Notes: generated by a model not told the origin, from the letters alone. Shown: positions 1-11,157, counted from the stretch's first letter. The stretch is DNA of 64,000 nucleotides from Candidatus Omnitrophota bacterium (GCA_018825985.1 JAHKAP010000002.1:650-64649), one strand, 5' to 3'. A program made the numbers and translations.

Positions 1-3000
1 ATCAGCGATCCTAATAACGCCAATGCCACTGATACCGGCTATGGCAGCTTCCCGATCCGCGGCAACCTTACATTAGACACGCCAGTGGGAAGTGAAAGCT
101 GGAGTGTTGGTTCAGTTCGTCCGGTCAACTGGACTCGTAAAGGTAATATCATAAATGTCAATATATCTTATTCTACGGATGCCGGTTCTACCTACCCGAC
201 AGCCTTAGCTACTAATTATAACGCCTCATTAGGCACCTGGAATTGGTCAATTTCAAATACTACTCCTTTGACTAATCAGGGCCGGATCAAGGTAGCGGAT
301 GCTTCTAACCCGTCGATAGTATTCGCTAATAACACGGTTAATTTTGAAGTTAAAGGAGCGGTAGAATTAATTACACCTTCGGATGCCGGTATATCTATAG
401 CTGTGGGAAATCCCTATAGCGTTAATTGGACTAAAGCCGGAGCAGTAAATGATGTCCAACTGCATTTTTCACCTGACGGCGGCATTGCCGGAAACGGTAC
501 TTATTCGGATTCGGATTTGATCGGAAATTTCTCAGCTACAAATTATACTAAATCCTGGACAGTACCAGATAGGATCGGCAGCACTTTAAGGATACGGGTA
601 AGGGACTTGAATAATACCGGGGTTTGGGATGAATCTAATAATACATTCCAGATCAGGGGTAAGGTATTTGTGGTAGTTCCTAACGGTGATGAAATCTGGT
701 ATAAAGGGGATACCCAGCAGATCCAGTGGATCCCGACCGGGACTTATTCTCAGGTTAAATTGGAGTATTCTACTAACGCTTTTGTCAATGAGACCTTGAC
801 TTATTTGATTGCTAATGTGTCAGCCGGTTCAAGCGGCGCGGTTACCTCTTACAACTGGACTGTCCCGGATAATATCGGTTCTGACCTTATAGTAAGGGTA
901 ACTGATAGAAATAACGCCATGGTTACGGACGTTTCAAATAATACCTTTAATATAAAAGGAAGACTGCATCTAACATCTCCTAACGGAGGAGAGAACTGGA
1001 TAGTTAATTCTACCCAGCCTATTTACTGGCAGCGCACCGGTTCGATCGCTAACGTAAAGTTAGAGTATTCAACTGATTCTGGTGACAGCTATGCTTTTGT
1101 AATCACTAATTCTACTCCGGCCGCCAGCGGAGAATACAACTGGACTGTTCCGGATTCAATAGGGACTAATAAGATCAAAGTAAAAGTTACTGATGCGTCT
1201 GATGCTACGGTTAATGATGATTCTAACGCCACCTTTACCATAAAAGGCGCTTTGCATTTGAGTATCCCTAATGGAGGCGAAAGTTGGGGAGTAGGGACCA
1301 AGTATAATATTACCTGGGAGCGCACCGGTTCGATCGCTAATGTAACTTTGGAATATTCTACTGACGGCGGCGGAAACTATACTAACAGCATTAACGCGAC
1401 TTCCGGAGCAGCAGGTATTTATGAATGGACTATTCCGGATAACCCCGGCTCACAGATCAAAGTCAGGATTAAAGATACGTCTGATGCTTCGGTCAATGAT
1501 CCTTCAGATACTAATTTCAAGATAGTCGGTTTCCTGACATTGACCGCGCCTGACGGAGGAGAGAAGTGGGTGATCAATACCACCCGCCAGATAAACTGGA
1601 CCATGACCGGTTCGATCGCTAACGTAAAATTAGAATATTCGACCGATGGTTCGTCTTATGATAAATTGATCAATTCTTCAGTGCCCGGAGGCAGCTCGCC
1701 ATATTACTGGTTGATACCGGATACTGCAAGCACTACGGCATTGATAAAAGTAACTGATGCTTCAGAATCCAGCGTTTATGATACTTCCAATAATACTTTT
1801 AAACTTCAGGTTAAGTTTAATCTTACTCAGCCTAAGGGCGGAGAGGTCTGGGTAGTTAATGATACCCAATATATTAACTGGACTACTATCGGCACAGCCG
1901 GAACAGTTAATTTGACCTATTCAACCGATAGCGGGTCTAATTTTAACTATAGTATAGCCAATGATGTGCCTAATACGGGATCTTATTCCTGGATAGTGCC
2001 GAATAATATTTACCAGACCTTAAGGCTTAAGGTAGCTGATTCTCAGGATGCAGAAGCGTTTAACGCTTCTACCAGTAATTTTAAGATCAAAGGCGCTGTC
2101 TCTTTAAGCTCACCTGATGGCAACGAGATCTGGATAGTTAATACTACTCATAATATTACCTGGGGCATTACCGGAAGCGTTCAAACAGTAAGGTTGGATT
2201 ATTCCAATGACGCGGGCAGCGATAATTATGAGCATCCTATTACCAGCAACATAACCGCGCCTTTAGGTAATTATAGCTGGCTGGTGCCGGATAATATCGG
2301 AAATTATACCCGGGTAAAGATTACCGATACCTCTGATTCTACTGTTTTTGATAATTCAACCGGTAATTTCTCGATCAAAGGCGCGCTGGACTTAACTGCT
2401 CCTGATGGCGGAGAAAACTGGATAGTCAATGAGACTCAGCGGATCAATTGGACCCGGACCGGAAATATCCCTAATGTTAGAATCGAATATTCCAAGAATT
2501 CCGGCGGAACATATCCGTTTGCAGTCGTTAATTCAACTGACGCCTCAACAGGATATTATAATTGGTTTATCCCGGATGAGCTCTCAACCGGAGTGAGGAT
2601 TAAGATATCTGACGCGTTAGATCCGGCGGTATATGATAATTCTACGGCTGATTTTATAATTGCCGGTAAATTTACCCTAACCTATCCTACCGGCGGCCAG
2701 ATCCTTTATGTAGGAGAGGGTAAGAATATCACCTGGACCAGGGATGGCTCTATTACTAATGCTAAATTACAATATTCCCGGGACGGAGGGTTAAATTACA
2801 ATTATACCATTACTAACGCTACTGATGCGTCTTTAGGATATTCTAGCTGGGTTATTCCCGATGCTATCGGCGATAAAGTCAAAGTGAAAATCAGCGATCC
2901 CGCTAATACCAATGTCAATGATACCTCAGCGAATAATTTTACAATTAAGGGAAGGCTGAATATTACCGCGCCTGTAGGAGAAGAGACCTATATCGTGGAT

Positions 3001-6000
3001 AACGCTCATCCTATAACTTGGTCTCAGTCAGGCTCGATCGCCACCGTTTCGTTAAGTTATTCTACTGATGGCGGCGGGACCTACCCGTTTAGCATTACCA
3101 ATTCCACGGTCAGTAATGGTTCTTATAGCTGGACTGTCCCGAATATTATAGGTAATAAAATAAAGGTCAGGGTTATAGATACTGCGGATTCCAGCGTTTC
3201 CGGAGATTCAGCGGATAACTTTACAGTTAAAGGATCCATACATGTAACTGCGCCTAACGGCGGAGCCGGACAGATGCTTCAGGTAGGAACAGACTATCCT
3301 ATCAACTGGACCAAGACCGGGACAATATCCACGGTTAATATTACCTATTCTACCGACGCAGGGACGACTTATCCTTATACTATCATTGGTTCAACTGACG
3401 CCGCCGCCGGCACATACACCTGGACTAATATTCCCGATACCATATTTGGAACCTGTAAGGTTAAAATAACCAATAATGCCGATTCTTCGGTAAATGATAC
3501 TTCTGATTTTAATTTTAAGATCGCCGGCGTAGTTAATTTAACTCAGCCTGATGGTGGTGAGCGCTGGACAGTAAATGGCACCCAGGATATTAAATGGAAT
3601 ATAACCGGTTCCATGGCTAATGTAAGTTTAGGTTATTCGGTTGACGGCGGAGGTAATTATACTACCATAGTTGGCGCAACTCCTGCCGGATCTAAGAGTT
3701 TGGCTTGGCAAATACCGAATGCCGTATCCAAGTCAGCTAAGGTAAGGATCGCTGACGCCAGTGACAGCGATGTATTTGACGTATCTTCAAATAATTTTAC
3801 TATCCAGGCAGGGTTTAATATGACTTCACCCGGCGGCGGAGAGATCTGGGTAGTAAATTCTACGCATGATATTAACTGGACTACTATCGGGTCAGTCTCG
3901 ACGGTAAAATTAGCTTATTCTACGGACGGCGGCTCAAATTATAATTACACTATTACTAATTCCACCACTAATACCGGCTCATACCCCTGGTTTGTGCCTA
4001 ATAATATCTCTACTACTATGAGGCTTAGGGTCAGCGATTACAATGATCCTTTGGCATACGGTAATTCCACCAGTAATTTTAAGATCCGCGGAGATATTTA
4101 TGTCATTACTCCGAATAATAATGAATCCTGGATTGTCAATAATACCTATAATATTACCTGGGGCATTACCGGTTCCATATCCGCGGTTAACCTTAAATAT
4201 TCATTGGATGGCGGCTCAAATTATAATTATACCATTGCCAGTAATGTCAGCGCTTCTATCGGGAATTACAGCTGGACCATACCGAACAATATTACAGCCG
4301 CGGCCAGGGTAAAGATAATTGACGGAACCGACTCCTCGGTTTATGATGAATCAGACGCTAATTTTAAAATCCGCGGAAGCCTGACCCTTTTGGCTCCTAA
4401 TGGCGGGGATGTTCTAAACGTAGGGGATACTTATAATATTACCTGGAGCAAAGTAGGTTCGATTGAAAATGTAAATTTGAGCTATTCTACTGATAACGGG
4501 CTCACCTATCCAAATTATCTGGCTACGCTGGATGCAACAGGCGGGATGTACCCCTGGGCAGTAAATGATTCTATCAGCAGGAATATCCGGGTTAAAGTAT
4601 CGGATTCATCGGATCCGATAGTCAATGATACCTCGGATTCCAACGTTACTATCCGGGGTGTATTAAGGATTATCTCTCCTAACGGCAATGAGCGTTGGGA
4701 TGTGCTATCCCATCATAATATAACCTGGAATACCACTGGTTCGATCTCTACGGTAAACATAACTTATTCTACCGACGGAGGGGCTAGTTATAACCGTACA
4801 ATTATCAGTTCAATTGCAGCGGTCCCATCGGTTTACGACTGGGAAGTGCCGGATACCATCTCTTCCTTAGTAAAAGTCAAGGTTTCTAATTTAGCGGACG
4901 GCAATGTATTTGATGTTTCGGATGACAATGCCAATATAGTCGGCAAACTTACTTTATCCTCGCCGGACGGAGGAGAAGTCTGGGCAGTAGGTTCTTCCCA
5001 GACCATCAGTTGGACCAAGGTCGGATCATTCAGTAATATTACTTTATCCTATTCAGCTAACGGCGGGATTGATTATAATTATACAATTAACAATGGGAAT
5101 AATGTTTCCGCGGGCGGCGGTTCAGGTTCATACAGCTGGGATGTGCCGGATGTAGTTTCTACTACTTTGAAGGTAAAAGTAGCGAATGCGGCAGATCCGG
5201 TTGTTAACGACACCTCTAATGCTACATTTAAGATCAGGGGCGACCTTGACCTGACTCGTCCTGATGCCCCGGATTTGGTATTCCTGATCGGCTCCACCGA
5301 GAATATTAACTGGGTCAGGCATGGCTCCATAGCCAACGCTAAACTAAGATATTCAACCGATGGAGGCGCAACTTATCCCTATTGTATTACTAATTCGGTC
5401 AATGCTTCTAATGAAACCTTGCAGTGGTCAGTCCCGGACAGGCCTACTCTTCAAGGCAGGGTTAATATTTCCGATGCGGCAGATTCTACGGTGTTTGATA
5501 CCTCTACCAATAACTTTATAATCCGCGGCGGTTTTGTGGTTAATAGCCCTAATGGAGGGGAAGCCTGGGCGGTAAATTCAACCCATGATATTAACTGGAC
5601 CACTTATGGCTCGATTTCTTATGTCCGGCTGGATTATTCTACTAATAACGGGACCGGCTGGACACTGATAACTACAAATACGTCAAATATTAATCGTTAC
5701 AGTTGGACTATTCCCGATGCCATATCCACAAATTGCAGGGTCAAGGTATCGGACGTCAATGACCCGGATGCCTACGATTTCTCAAATACTTCATTTAAGA
5801 TACATGGAATTTTAGGGGTGAGCGTTCCTAACGGCGGCGAGCAGTGGCAGGTAGGTTCTTATAAGGCGGTTAACTGGACCAGGACCGGCTCGATCGGTAA
5901 CGTGAGGATAGAATATTCCACTAATGGCTTTGCCAATGAAACCCTAACGGTGAAGATCACCAATAATACTCCTTCGTCAGCCTTGACTTATAACTGGACA

Positions 6001-9000
6001 GTCCCGTCTATAATCTCCGATTCTATTAAAATCAGGGTCAGCGATGACGTTGATACCTTGGTGAATGATACTTCCGACGGGCCGTTTAAGATAAAAGCAA
6101 GTTTTACTCTCAGCTCGCCAAACGGAGCCGAGGAATGGATCGTGGCGAGTGCCCATAATATTACCTGGACTACGCTTGGCCCGGCGACAAATATTAAACT
6201 TTCTTTCTCATCTAATAGCGGGAGCAGCTGGAGCAATATAACCGCCGGAGGCGTAAATAATACCGGGAGTTTCTTATGGACAATACCTAATATCATCTCC
6301 ACTAACTGTACAGTAAAGGTGGAGGATTCAACAGATAGCGATGCTGCTGATGTATCGGATGGTAACTTTAAGATCCGGGGTGATTTAAGAATAACCGCTC
6401 CCAACGGCGGGGAAAAATTAATCGTAAATACCAGTGATTATCAGATCACCTGGAATATCACCGGCTCAATATCTACTGTAGGATTGCAGTATTCTATCAA
6501 CAACGGCACTTCGTATCTGCCTATTACAACTTCTGCCCCTAACTTTGGCTATTATACCTGGCTGATCCCGAATGTTAAGACTACTCTCGGATTGGTAAAG
6601 ATATATAACACTGAAGATCCAGGTGTGTTGGATGTATCGGATGCGGTATTTAAGATCCAGGGCAGCTTTGCCCTGAATACGCCTAACGGAGGCGAGAGCT
6701 GGCCGGTAGCAACTGTACGTCCGATAAACTGGACCTGGACCGGGCCGATCAATTATGTAAAATTAGAATACTCTAAAGACGGCGGCAATAATTATAATAA
6801 TACGATTATCGCTTCCGTTAACAACACCGGTAATTATAACTGGACTATTCCCGATGATGTATGCACTACCCTAAGATTAATGATCTCTGATGTGAGCGAC
6901 GCTGAGGCTAAGGCTAATTCCGAAGGAAACTTTACTATTAAGGCGGTATTTAATATCAGCGCTCCCAACGGCGGCGAGAATTGGCTGGTCGGGGATTTAA
7001 ATAATATCCTTTGGAATGTTACCGGGACTATTCCTTATGTGCGCCTGATGTATACCCGGAATAATTTCATTAATTCATATAATATATCGACGGAGAATTT
7101 AGGCGGGTTTACCAATGTTACCTCTAACTCTTTTATTTATAACTGGACTGTTCCTGATACGATATCCTCCGGTGCGCAGCTGCGTATCCTTGATCCGGCA
7201 AATACGGATAATTATCTGGATTCAGCGGCTAACTTCAGTATTAAGTCCAGGTTCAATGTGACTTCGCCGGTTGCCGGAGATAAGTGGGATGTAGATAGTG
7301 TCCAGCAGATCAGATGGACCTGGACCGGCTCAGTGCCGGAAGTCCGCCTGCAGTATTCTATTAACGGAGGCACAAGCTATAGCGATCTTGACGACGGGAT
7401 TTATAACACTACAATAAATCCGGGTTATTATAACTGGACCGTACCGGATAATATAACCGCTTCTTTGAAGGTTAAAGTCGCGGATCTGGCTGATTCAACG
7501 GCCAATGACACTTCTGACGGTAATGCTAAGATCCGGGCCAAATTTACTTTATTTACTCCTAATGGCGGACAGGACCTGACTGTAAATGACACCTATAATA
7601 TTACCTGGGAGTCTGTAGGCACGGTTTCTTTTGTCAACCTTACTTATTCGCTAAATAATTATACCAGCTATTCTACTATTATTACTTCAACGCCTAATGA
7701 CGGCTGTTTTACCTGGACAGTGCCTGACGCTATATCAAACAATGTTACGGTGAGGGTAAGAAGCACTTCTGATATTGACGCTTACAATGATTCCAATACC
7801 GCGTTCAGGATCAAGGGTTCATTGAATGTGACTTCTCCTAACGGGAATGAACAATGGAAGATCAACCAGAAATATAATGTGACCTGGGATACTATCGGGA
7901 CAATTCCTGTGGTAAAGATATTGTATTCTACTAACGGCGGAAATAATTTTAACGGGACCATCATATCCGGGACAGCTAATACCGGAATTTATGAATGGAC
8001 GATTCCCGATATACCTACTACCGGCGGAAAAGTGAGGGTTATCGATTATAATGATTCTGCGGTTTATGATGATTCTAACGCTAATTTCAGCATCCAGGGT
8101 AATGTGATATTGGATTCACCGCTGGGTAATGAGATCTGGATAGTGGGAAGTAAATATAATATTACCTGGACCTGGGGCGGGACAATACCGGCTATATATA
8201 TCGCCTATTCCAATAATAGCGGGGCTAATTATGCGGTTGTTAATGCAGCTGCTCCTAATGGAGCAGGCAGTAGCGGCACCCATACTTATGAATGGACTAT
8301 TCCCGATGACATTACAACTCATGCCAGGGTCAGGATACAGGATGCCAACGATACTAATGTTAATTCAACTTCCGCCAGCGATTTCTATATCAGGGGGAAC
8401 CTGACCATTACTTCGCCTAACGGCGGAGAATATTGGGTAGCCCGCAGCAGTGTGCCGATTACCTGGGGCACGGTGGGCACTATACCGAACGTAAAATTGC
8501 AGTATTCTAAGGATAATGTCAATTATACTACTATAACCAATGCCGCTAATATCAGTAATCAGGATTCATTCACTTGGGCTATACCTAATGATCCGTCCGC
8601 TACAGTGAAGATAAAGATAAGTGATACCCGGGATGCCAATGTTACCGACACCTCGGATACTAATTTTACGATAGGTTACTATAATGTTACCTGGAATCTC
8701 AAGGATCTTTTAACCGGGCAGGACCTATCTCAACTGACAGTAAACGCAGTCTCCAACCAGGGAGACGAATGGAAGAATTCCACTATGCCTGATAATCCCA
8801 ACGCCACCCTGGGTTCGCCGGTCAGTAAAGATATGCCTTTTGGTTTCTGGACAGCAACCTGGACCAAGACCGGCTATAGCGATATCCAGACTAGTTTCTT
8901 GGCCAGCAGTAATATGACCGTGCCGACCTTGTTTATGGAAACTTCAGCTATCCATATCTGGAGGGCATATTCGGAATTTAGTTATGATTCGTATTTGGAC

Positions 9001-11154
9001 AAACTTGCTGTTAGTTCCTGGCTGGAAAGGGATGGTTTTGTGGTTACCGGAGGAACACAATGTGATATTTATATTTATTATGCCGGTGAACTGATACAAC
9101 ATTTAACTGATCTTAGTATAGATGACGCTGGTTTCTTCCAGATGTTCTGGGAAAATACCAATACCTTAATAGCCGGAAGGGTATACACTGTAGTAACTAT
9201 AATTAAAAACGCCAGCGGCGCAGAATTCCGGACTCCTACGTCTTTTAGCGTAACTTCGTCTGCTATGTTGCAGCAGACCGTGGATACCGTGGAACGGATG
9301 AGTAACGTTACTTTCCCGGAATTTATTAACCTGACTAATACCACGATTGTTACTCAGATGCAGCAGCAGGCGATATTGATTGGCGGTTATATGACCAATC
9401 AGACTGATATAATCAATGCCAGCATGACTAATATGACCGGCCTTATCAATACCAGCATGGAGAAACAGATTAATCTAATCGTCGGCGATAGAAGCGCTGA
9501 CGATATTATCTCGGGAGGCGGTATGGTGGGTATGCTGCAGTCTTCCTTAAGTAGCTTTGAAACTAATGCTACGGTAGTTATCGGAAGGCTACAGTCCGGC
9601 GCAGATGCTGCGGTTGGCGCCGGCCAGAATCTGACCGCTACAGCTCAAAGATATTCCTGGAACGCGATCTGCGCGCCTAATCCATCGCTGGCCGGGGATA
9701 ATGTAACCATCAGCGTACAGGGCCCGGATTTTTATGTGGATCCGGTAACCAGCTTAGTATCCACGGTTCAACCCATGCTGACTATTTATAGCTGGGATAA
9801 TAAAGCGGTCGTTGAAAATATAGCTGTTCTTAAAACCCAGCCCGGCCTTTACAGTTATACATTCCAGGTAGATAATACGCGCTTCCAGCCGGGCAAGGCC
9901 TATACTTATATAGTCAGCGAGTCGCAGACCGGAGGCCTGGTTTCCGGTTCAGGCATGGTAGAGTCGATGAGCGTTACTTCTATCGCCGGCCTTGCTTCAG
10001 CGGCTCCGGAAGCGGAACGCGCGGCCAAAGCGGCTTTGGAGGGTATCAGGGCTTTGCAAACAATGCTCGGCGCCGGAGGTAATGACGCGACAAATATCAT
10101 GCTTACGCTGCAGAATTTAAAAGAGGCGTTGGATAAGTTGCCGGAACAGATGGCTGAAGATAAACAAGGATTTAAGGCCCTGACTAGTGATCTTGAGGAT
10201 ATGGCTAGCCGTCTGCAGAAAGTTATCGGCGATGAAGGCTACGGTGACCTTGGCAAACTGCTTGAAGAGAAACTTGCGGATTCTCCGACTATGAAGGCTA
10301 TCCGCAGCAAGACCGATTCTATTAAGACAATTATCGAACTTTTACAGATGTTATTTGAGGCTAAGTTAGGTGGAATGGATTCACCGGTTGTTTCAACTTC
10401 TCTTGCTCCGGGCAGCGTTAAGTTCAGGATAGCCGCGGTTAACCCATCGGCAACCAAGACCCAGCGGGTGATGATTAAAACATATCTGCCGCTGGAGGTA
10501 AAAATTAAGGATATTTTAGATAACGCTGGTTTAGACGTCGGATATGATTCCGGGAAATCAATGTATTATGTTTACCGGGATAGTCTTGAACTTGCCCCTA
10601 AAGAGGCCCGGGTTTTCGAAGTAGAGGTAGAGGATATCTGGTTTGTTCCCAAGAAAGTATTGGACCAGCTTAAGGAGCAGACTGCAAAATTAGCTCTCCG
10701 TTTGGAGAAGTCTAAATATGCCCAGGAATCCCGCTCAACCGCCAATACTATTAACCTGGCCCTGGAAGAAATTGCCAAGACTCAGGCCGATGAGTCAGTG
10801 AGCAGGGATCAGCATATCGGCTCGTACAGGCAGAATTTAGAGACCCTGAAAAAGATTAAAGAGGAGATTGTGCGGTTAGAGAAACTTCTCCAGCCTCAGG
10901 AAGGTACGAATGTTCCGGAGATACTCGAGAAGTCTAAATTTAAATTCAATCTGCCTAATAAAACTACTACCTGGCTGATTATCATGGTTATCATAAGCTT
11001 TATGGGGATGTTGGCCGGAGTATTCTTCTTTATTTGGCAGGGACAGATAAAATCCAGCCAGGAAGTTTTAGATTCTGCGCGCAAAGCCGCTTTCCCCGAC
11101 CAAAAAACAGAAAACAAACCCACGCCTCCGCCGCCCGCCGATAAGAAAACTTAA
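1..11154 (+). CDS. Giant surface protein (5'-truncated by window): ~30 tandem Ig-like beta-sandwich repeats, coiled-coil stalk, C-terminal transmembrane anchor
   Basis: Frame is open from base 1 (ISDPNNANATDTGYGSFPIRG...), so the GTG at 85 is not the start. Repeat consensus LTSPNGGE.W.V.....ITW...G.I.NV.L.YS.DGG..Y...I.......G.Y.W.VPD......KV.V.D.....V.D.S...F.I.G (resembles Kre9/KNH-like N-terminal Ig domain). Hydrophobic helix WLIIMVIISFMGMLAGVFFFIW near the C-terminus. Confidence 0.9.
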   Translation: MSDPNNANATDTGYGSFPIRGNLTLDTPVGSESWSVGSVRPVNWTRKGNIINVNISYSTDAGSTYPTALATNYNASLGTWNWSISNTTPLTNQGRIKVADASNPSIVFANNTVNFEVKGAVELITPSDAGISIAVGNPYSVNWTKAGAVNDVQLHFSPDGGIAGNGTYSDSDLIGNFSATNYTKSWTVPDRIGSTLRIRVRDLNNTGVWDESNNTFQIRGKVFVVVPNGDEIWYKGDTQQIQWIPTGTYSQVKLEYSTNAFVNETLTYLIANVSAGSSGAVTSYNWTVPDNIGSDLIVRVTDRNNAMVTDVSNNTFNIKGRLHLTSPNGGENWIVNSTQPIYWQRTGSIANVKLEYSTDSGDSYAFVITNSTPAASGEYNWTVPDSIGTNKIKVKVTDASDATVNDDSNATFTIKGALHLSIPNGGESWGVGTKYNITWERTGSIANVTLEYSTDGGGNYTNSINATSGAAGIYEWTIPDNPGSQIKVRIKDTSDASVNDPSDTNFKIVGFLTLTAPDGGEKWVINTTRQINWTMTGSIANVKLEYSTDGSSYDKLINSSVPGGSSPYYWLIPDTASTTALIKVTDASESSVYDTSNNTFKLQVKFNLTQPKGGEVWVVNDTQYINWTTIGTAGTVNLTYSTDSGSNFNYSIANDVPNTGSYSWIVPNNIYQTLRLKVADSQDAEAFNASTSNFKIKGAVSLSSPDGNEIWIVNTTHNITWGITGSVQTVRLDYSNDAGSDNYEHPITSNITAPLGNYSWLVPDNIGNYTRVKITDTSDSTVFDNSTGNFSIKGALDLTAPDGGENWIVNETQRINWTRTGNIPNVRIEYSKNSGGTYPFAVVNSTDASTGYYNWFIPDELSTGVRIKISDALDPAVYDNSTADFIIAGKFTLTYPTGGQILYVGEGKNITWTRDGSITNAKLQYSRDGGLNYNYTITNATDASLGYSSWVIPDAIGDKVKVKISDPANTNVNDTSANNFTIKGRLNITAPVGEETYIVDNAHPITWSQSGSIATVSLSYSTDGGGTYPFSITNSTVSNGSYSWTVPNIIGNKIKVRVIDTADSSVSGDSADNFTVKGSIHVTAPNGGAGQMLQVGTDYPINWTKTGTISTVNITYSTDAGTTYPYTIIGSTDAAAGTYTWTNIPDTIFGTCKVKITNNADSSVNDTSDFNFKIAGVVNLTQPDGGERWTVNGTQDIKWNITGSMANVSLGYSVDGGGNYTTIVGATPAGSKSLAWQIPNAVSKSAKVRIADASDSDVFDVSSNNFTIQAGFNMTSPGGGEIWVVNSTHDINWTTIGSVSTVKLAYSTDGGSNYNYTITNSTTNTGSYPWFVPNNISTTMRLRVSDYNDPLAYGNSTSNFKIRGDIYVITPNNNESWIVNNTYNITWGITGSISAVNLKYSLDGGSNYNYTIASNVSASIGNYSWTIPNNITAAARVKIIDGTDSSVYDESDANFKIRGSLTLLAPNGGDVLNVGDTYNITWSKVGSIENVNLSYSTDNGLTYPNYLATLDATGGMYPWAVNDSISRNIRVKVSDSSDPIVNDTSDSNVTIRGVLRIISPNGNERWDVLSHHNITWNTTGSISTVNITYSTDGGASYNRTIISSIAAVPSVYDWEVPDTISSLVKVKVSNLADGNVFDVSDDNANIVGKLTLSSPDGGEVWAVGSSQTISWTKVGSFSNITLSYSANGGIDYNYTINNGNNVSAGGGSGSYSWDVPDVVSTTLKVKVANAADPVVNDTSNATFKIRGDLDLTRPDAPDLVFLIGSTENINWVRHGSIANAKLRYSTDGGATYPYCITNSVNASNETLQWSVPDRPTLQGRVNISDAADSTVFDTSTNNFIIRGGFVVNSPNGGEAWAVNSTHDINWTTYGSISYVRLDYSTNNGTGWTLITTNTSNINRYSWTIPDAISTNCRVKVSDVNDPDAYDFSNTSFKIHGILGVSVPNGGEQWQVGSYKAVNWTRTGSIGNVRIEYSTNGFANETLTVKITNNTPSSALTYNWTVPSIISDSIKIRVSDDVDTLVNDTSDGPFKIKASFTLSSPNGAEEWIVASAHNITWTTLGPATNIKLSFSSNSGSSWSNITAGGVNNTGSFLWTIPNIISTNCTVKVEDSTDSDAADVSDGNFKIRGDLRITAPNGGEKLIVNTSDYQITWNITGSISTVGLQYSINNGTSYLPITTSAPNFGYYTWLIPNVKTTLGLVKIYNTEDPGVLDVSDAVFKIQGSFALNTPNGGESWPVATVRPINWTWTGPINYVKLEYSKDGGNNYNNTIIASVNNTGNYNWTIPDDVCTTLRLMISDVSDAEAKANSEGNFTIKAVFNISAPNGGENWLVGDLNNILWNVTGTIPYVRLMYTRNNFINSYNISTENLGGFTNVTSNSFIYNWTVPDTISSGAQLRILDPANTDNYLDSAANFSIKSRFNVTSPVAGDKWDVDSVQQIRWTWTGSVPEVRLQYSINGGTSYSDLDDGIYNTTINPGYYNWTVPDNITASLKVKVADLADSTANDTSDGNAKIRAKFTLFTPNGGQDLTVNDTYNITWESVGTVSFVNLTYSLNNYTSYSTIITSTPNDGCFTWTVPDAISNNVTVRVRSTSDIDAYNDSNTAFRIKGSLNVTSPNGNEQWKINQKYNVTWDTIGTIPVVKILYSTNGGNNFNGTIISGTANTGIYEWTIPDIPTTGGKVRVIDYNDSAVYDDSNANFSIQGNVILDSPLGNEIWIVGSKYNITWTWGGTIPAIYIAYSNNSGANYAVVNAAAPNGAGSSGTHTYEWTIPDDITTHARVRIQDANDTNVNSTSASDFYIRGNLTITSPNGGEYWVARSSVPITWGTVGTIPNVKLQYSKDNVNYTTITNAANISNQDSFTWAIPNDPSATVKIKISDTRDANVTDTSDTNFTIGYYNVTWNLKDLLTGQDLSQLTVNAVSNQGDEWKNSTMPDNPNATLGSPVSKDMPFGFWTATWTKTGYSDIQTSFLASSNMTVPTLFMETSAIHIWRAYSEFSYDSYLDKLAVSSWLERDGFVVTGGTQCDIYIYYAGELIQHLTDLSIDDAGFFQMFWENTNTLIAGRVYTVVTIIKNASGAEFRTPTSFSVTSSAMLQQTVDTVERMSNVTFPEFINLTNTTIVTQMQQQAILIGGYMTNQTDIINASMTNMTGLINTSMEKQINLIVGDRSADDIISGGGMVGMLQSSLSSFETNATVVIGRLQSGADAAVGAGQNLTATAQRYSWNAICAPNPSLAGDNVTISVQGPDFYVDPVTSLVSTVQPMLTIYSWDNKAVVENIAVLKTQPGLYSYTFQVDNTRFQPGKAYTYIVSESQTGGLVSGSGMVESMSVTSIAGLASAAPEAERAAKAALEGIRALQTMLGAGGNDATNIMLTLQNLKEALDKLPEQMAEDKQGFKALTSDLEDMASRLQKVIGDEGYGDLGKLLEEKLADSPTMKAIRSKTDSIKTIIELLQMLFEAKLGGMDSPVVSTSLAPGSVKFRIAAVNPSATKTQRVMIKTYLPLEVKIKDILDNAGLDVGYDSGKSMYYVYRDSLELAPKEARVFEVEVEDIWFVPKKVLDQLKEQTAKLALRLEKSKYAQESRSTANTINLALEEIAKTQADESVSRDQHIGSYRQNLETLKKIKEEIVRLEKLLQPQEGTNVPEILEKSKFKFNLPNKTTTWLIIMVIISFMGMLAGVFFFIWQGQIKSSQEVLDSARKAAFPDQKTENKPTPPPPADKKT
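61..8680 (+). repeat. Tandem coding repeats, ~290 bp / ~97 aa unit, 30 complete units counted by eye
   Basis: Counted from recurring PNGGE...W and F.I.G boundaries in the translation. Confidence 0.85.
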
Positions 11155-11157
11155 GCA

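Noticed and set aside
85-87. GTG at 85 as the start of the giant gene
   Set aside because: The frame is open to base 1 and encodes the end of another repeat unit; no signal peptide at 85.
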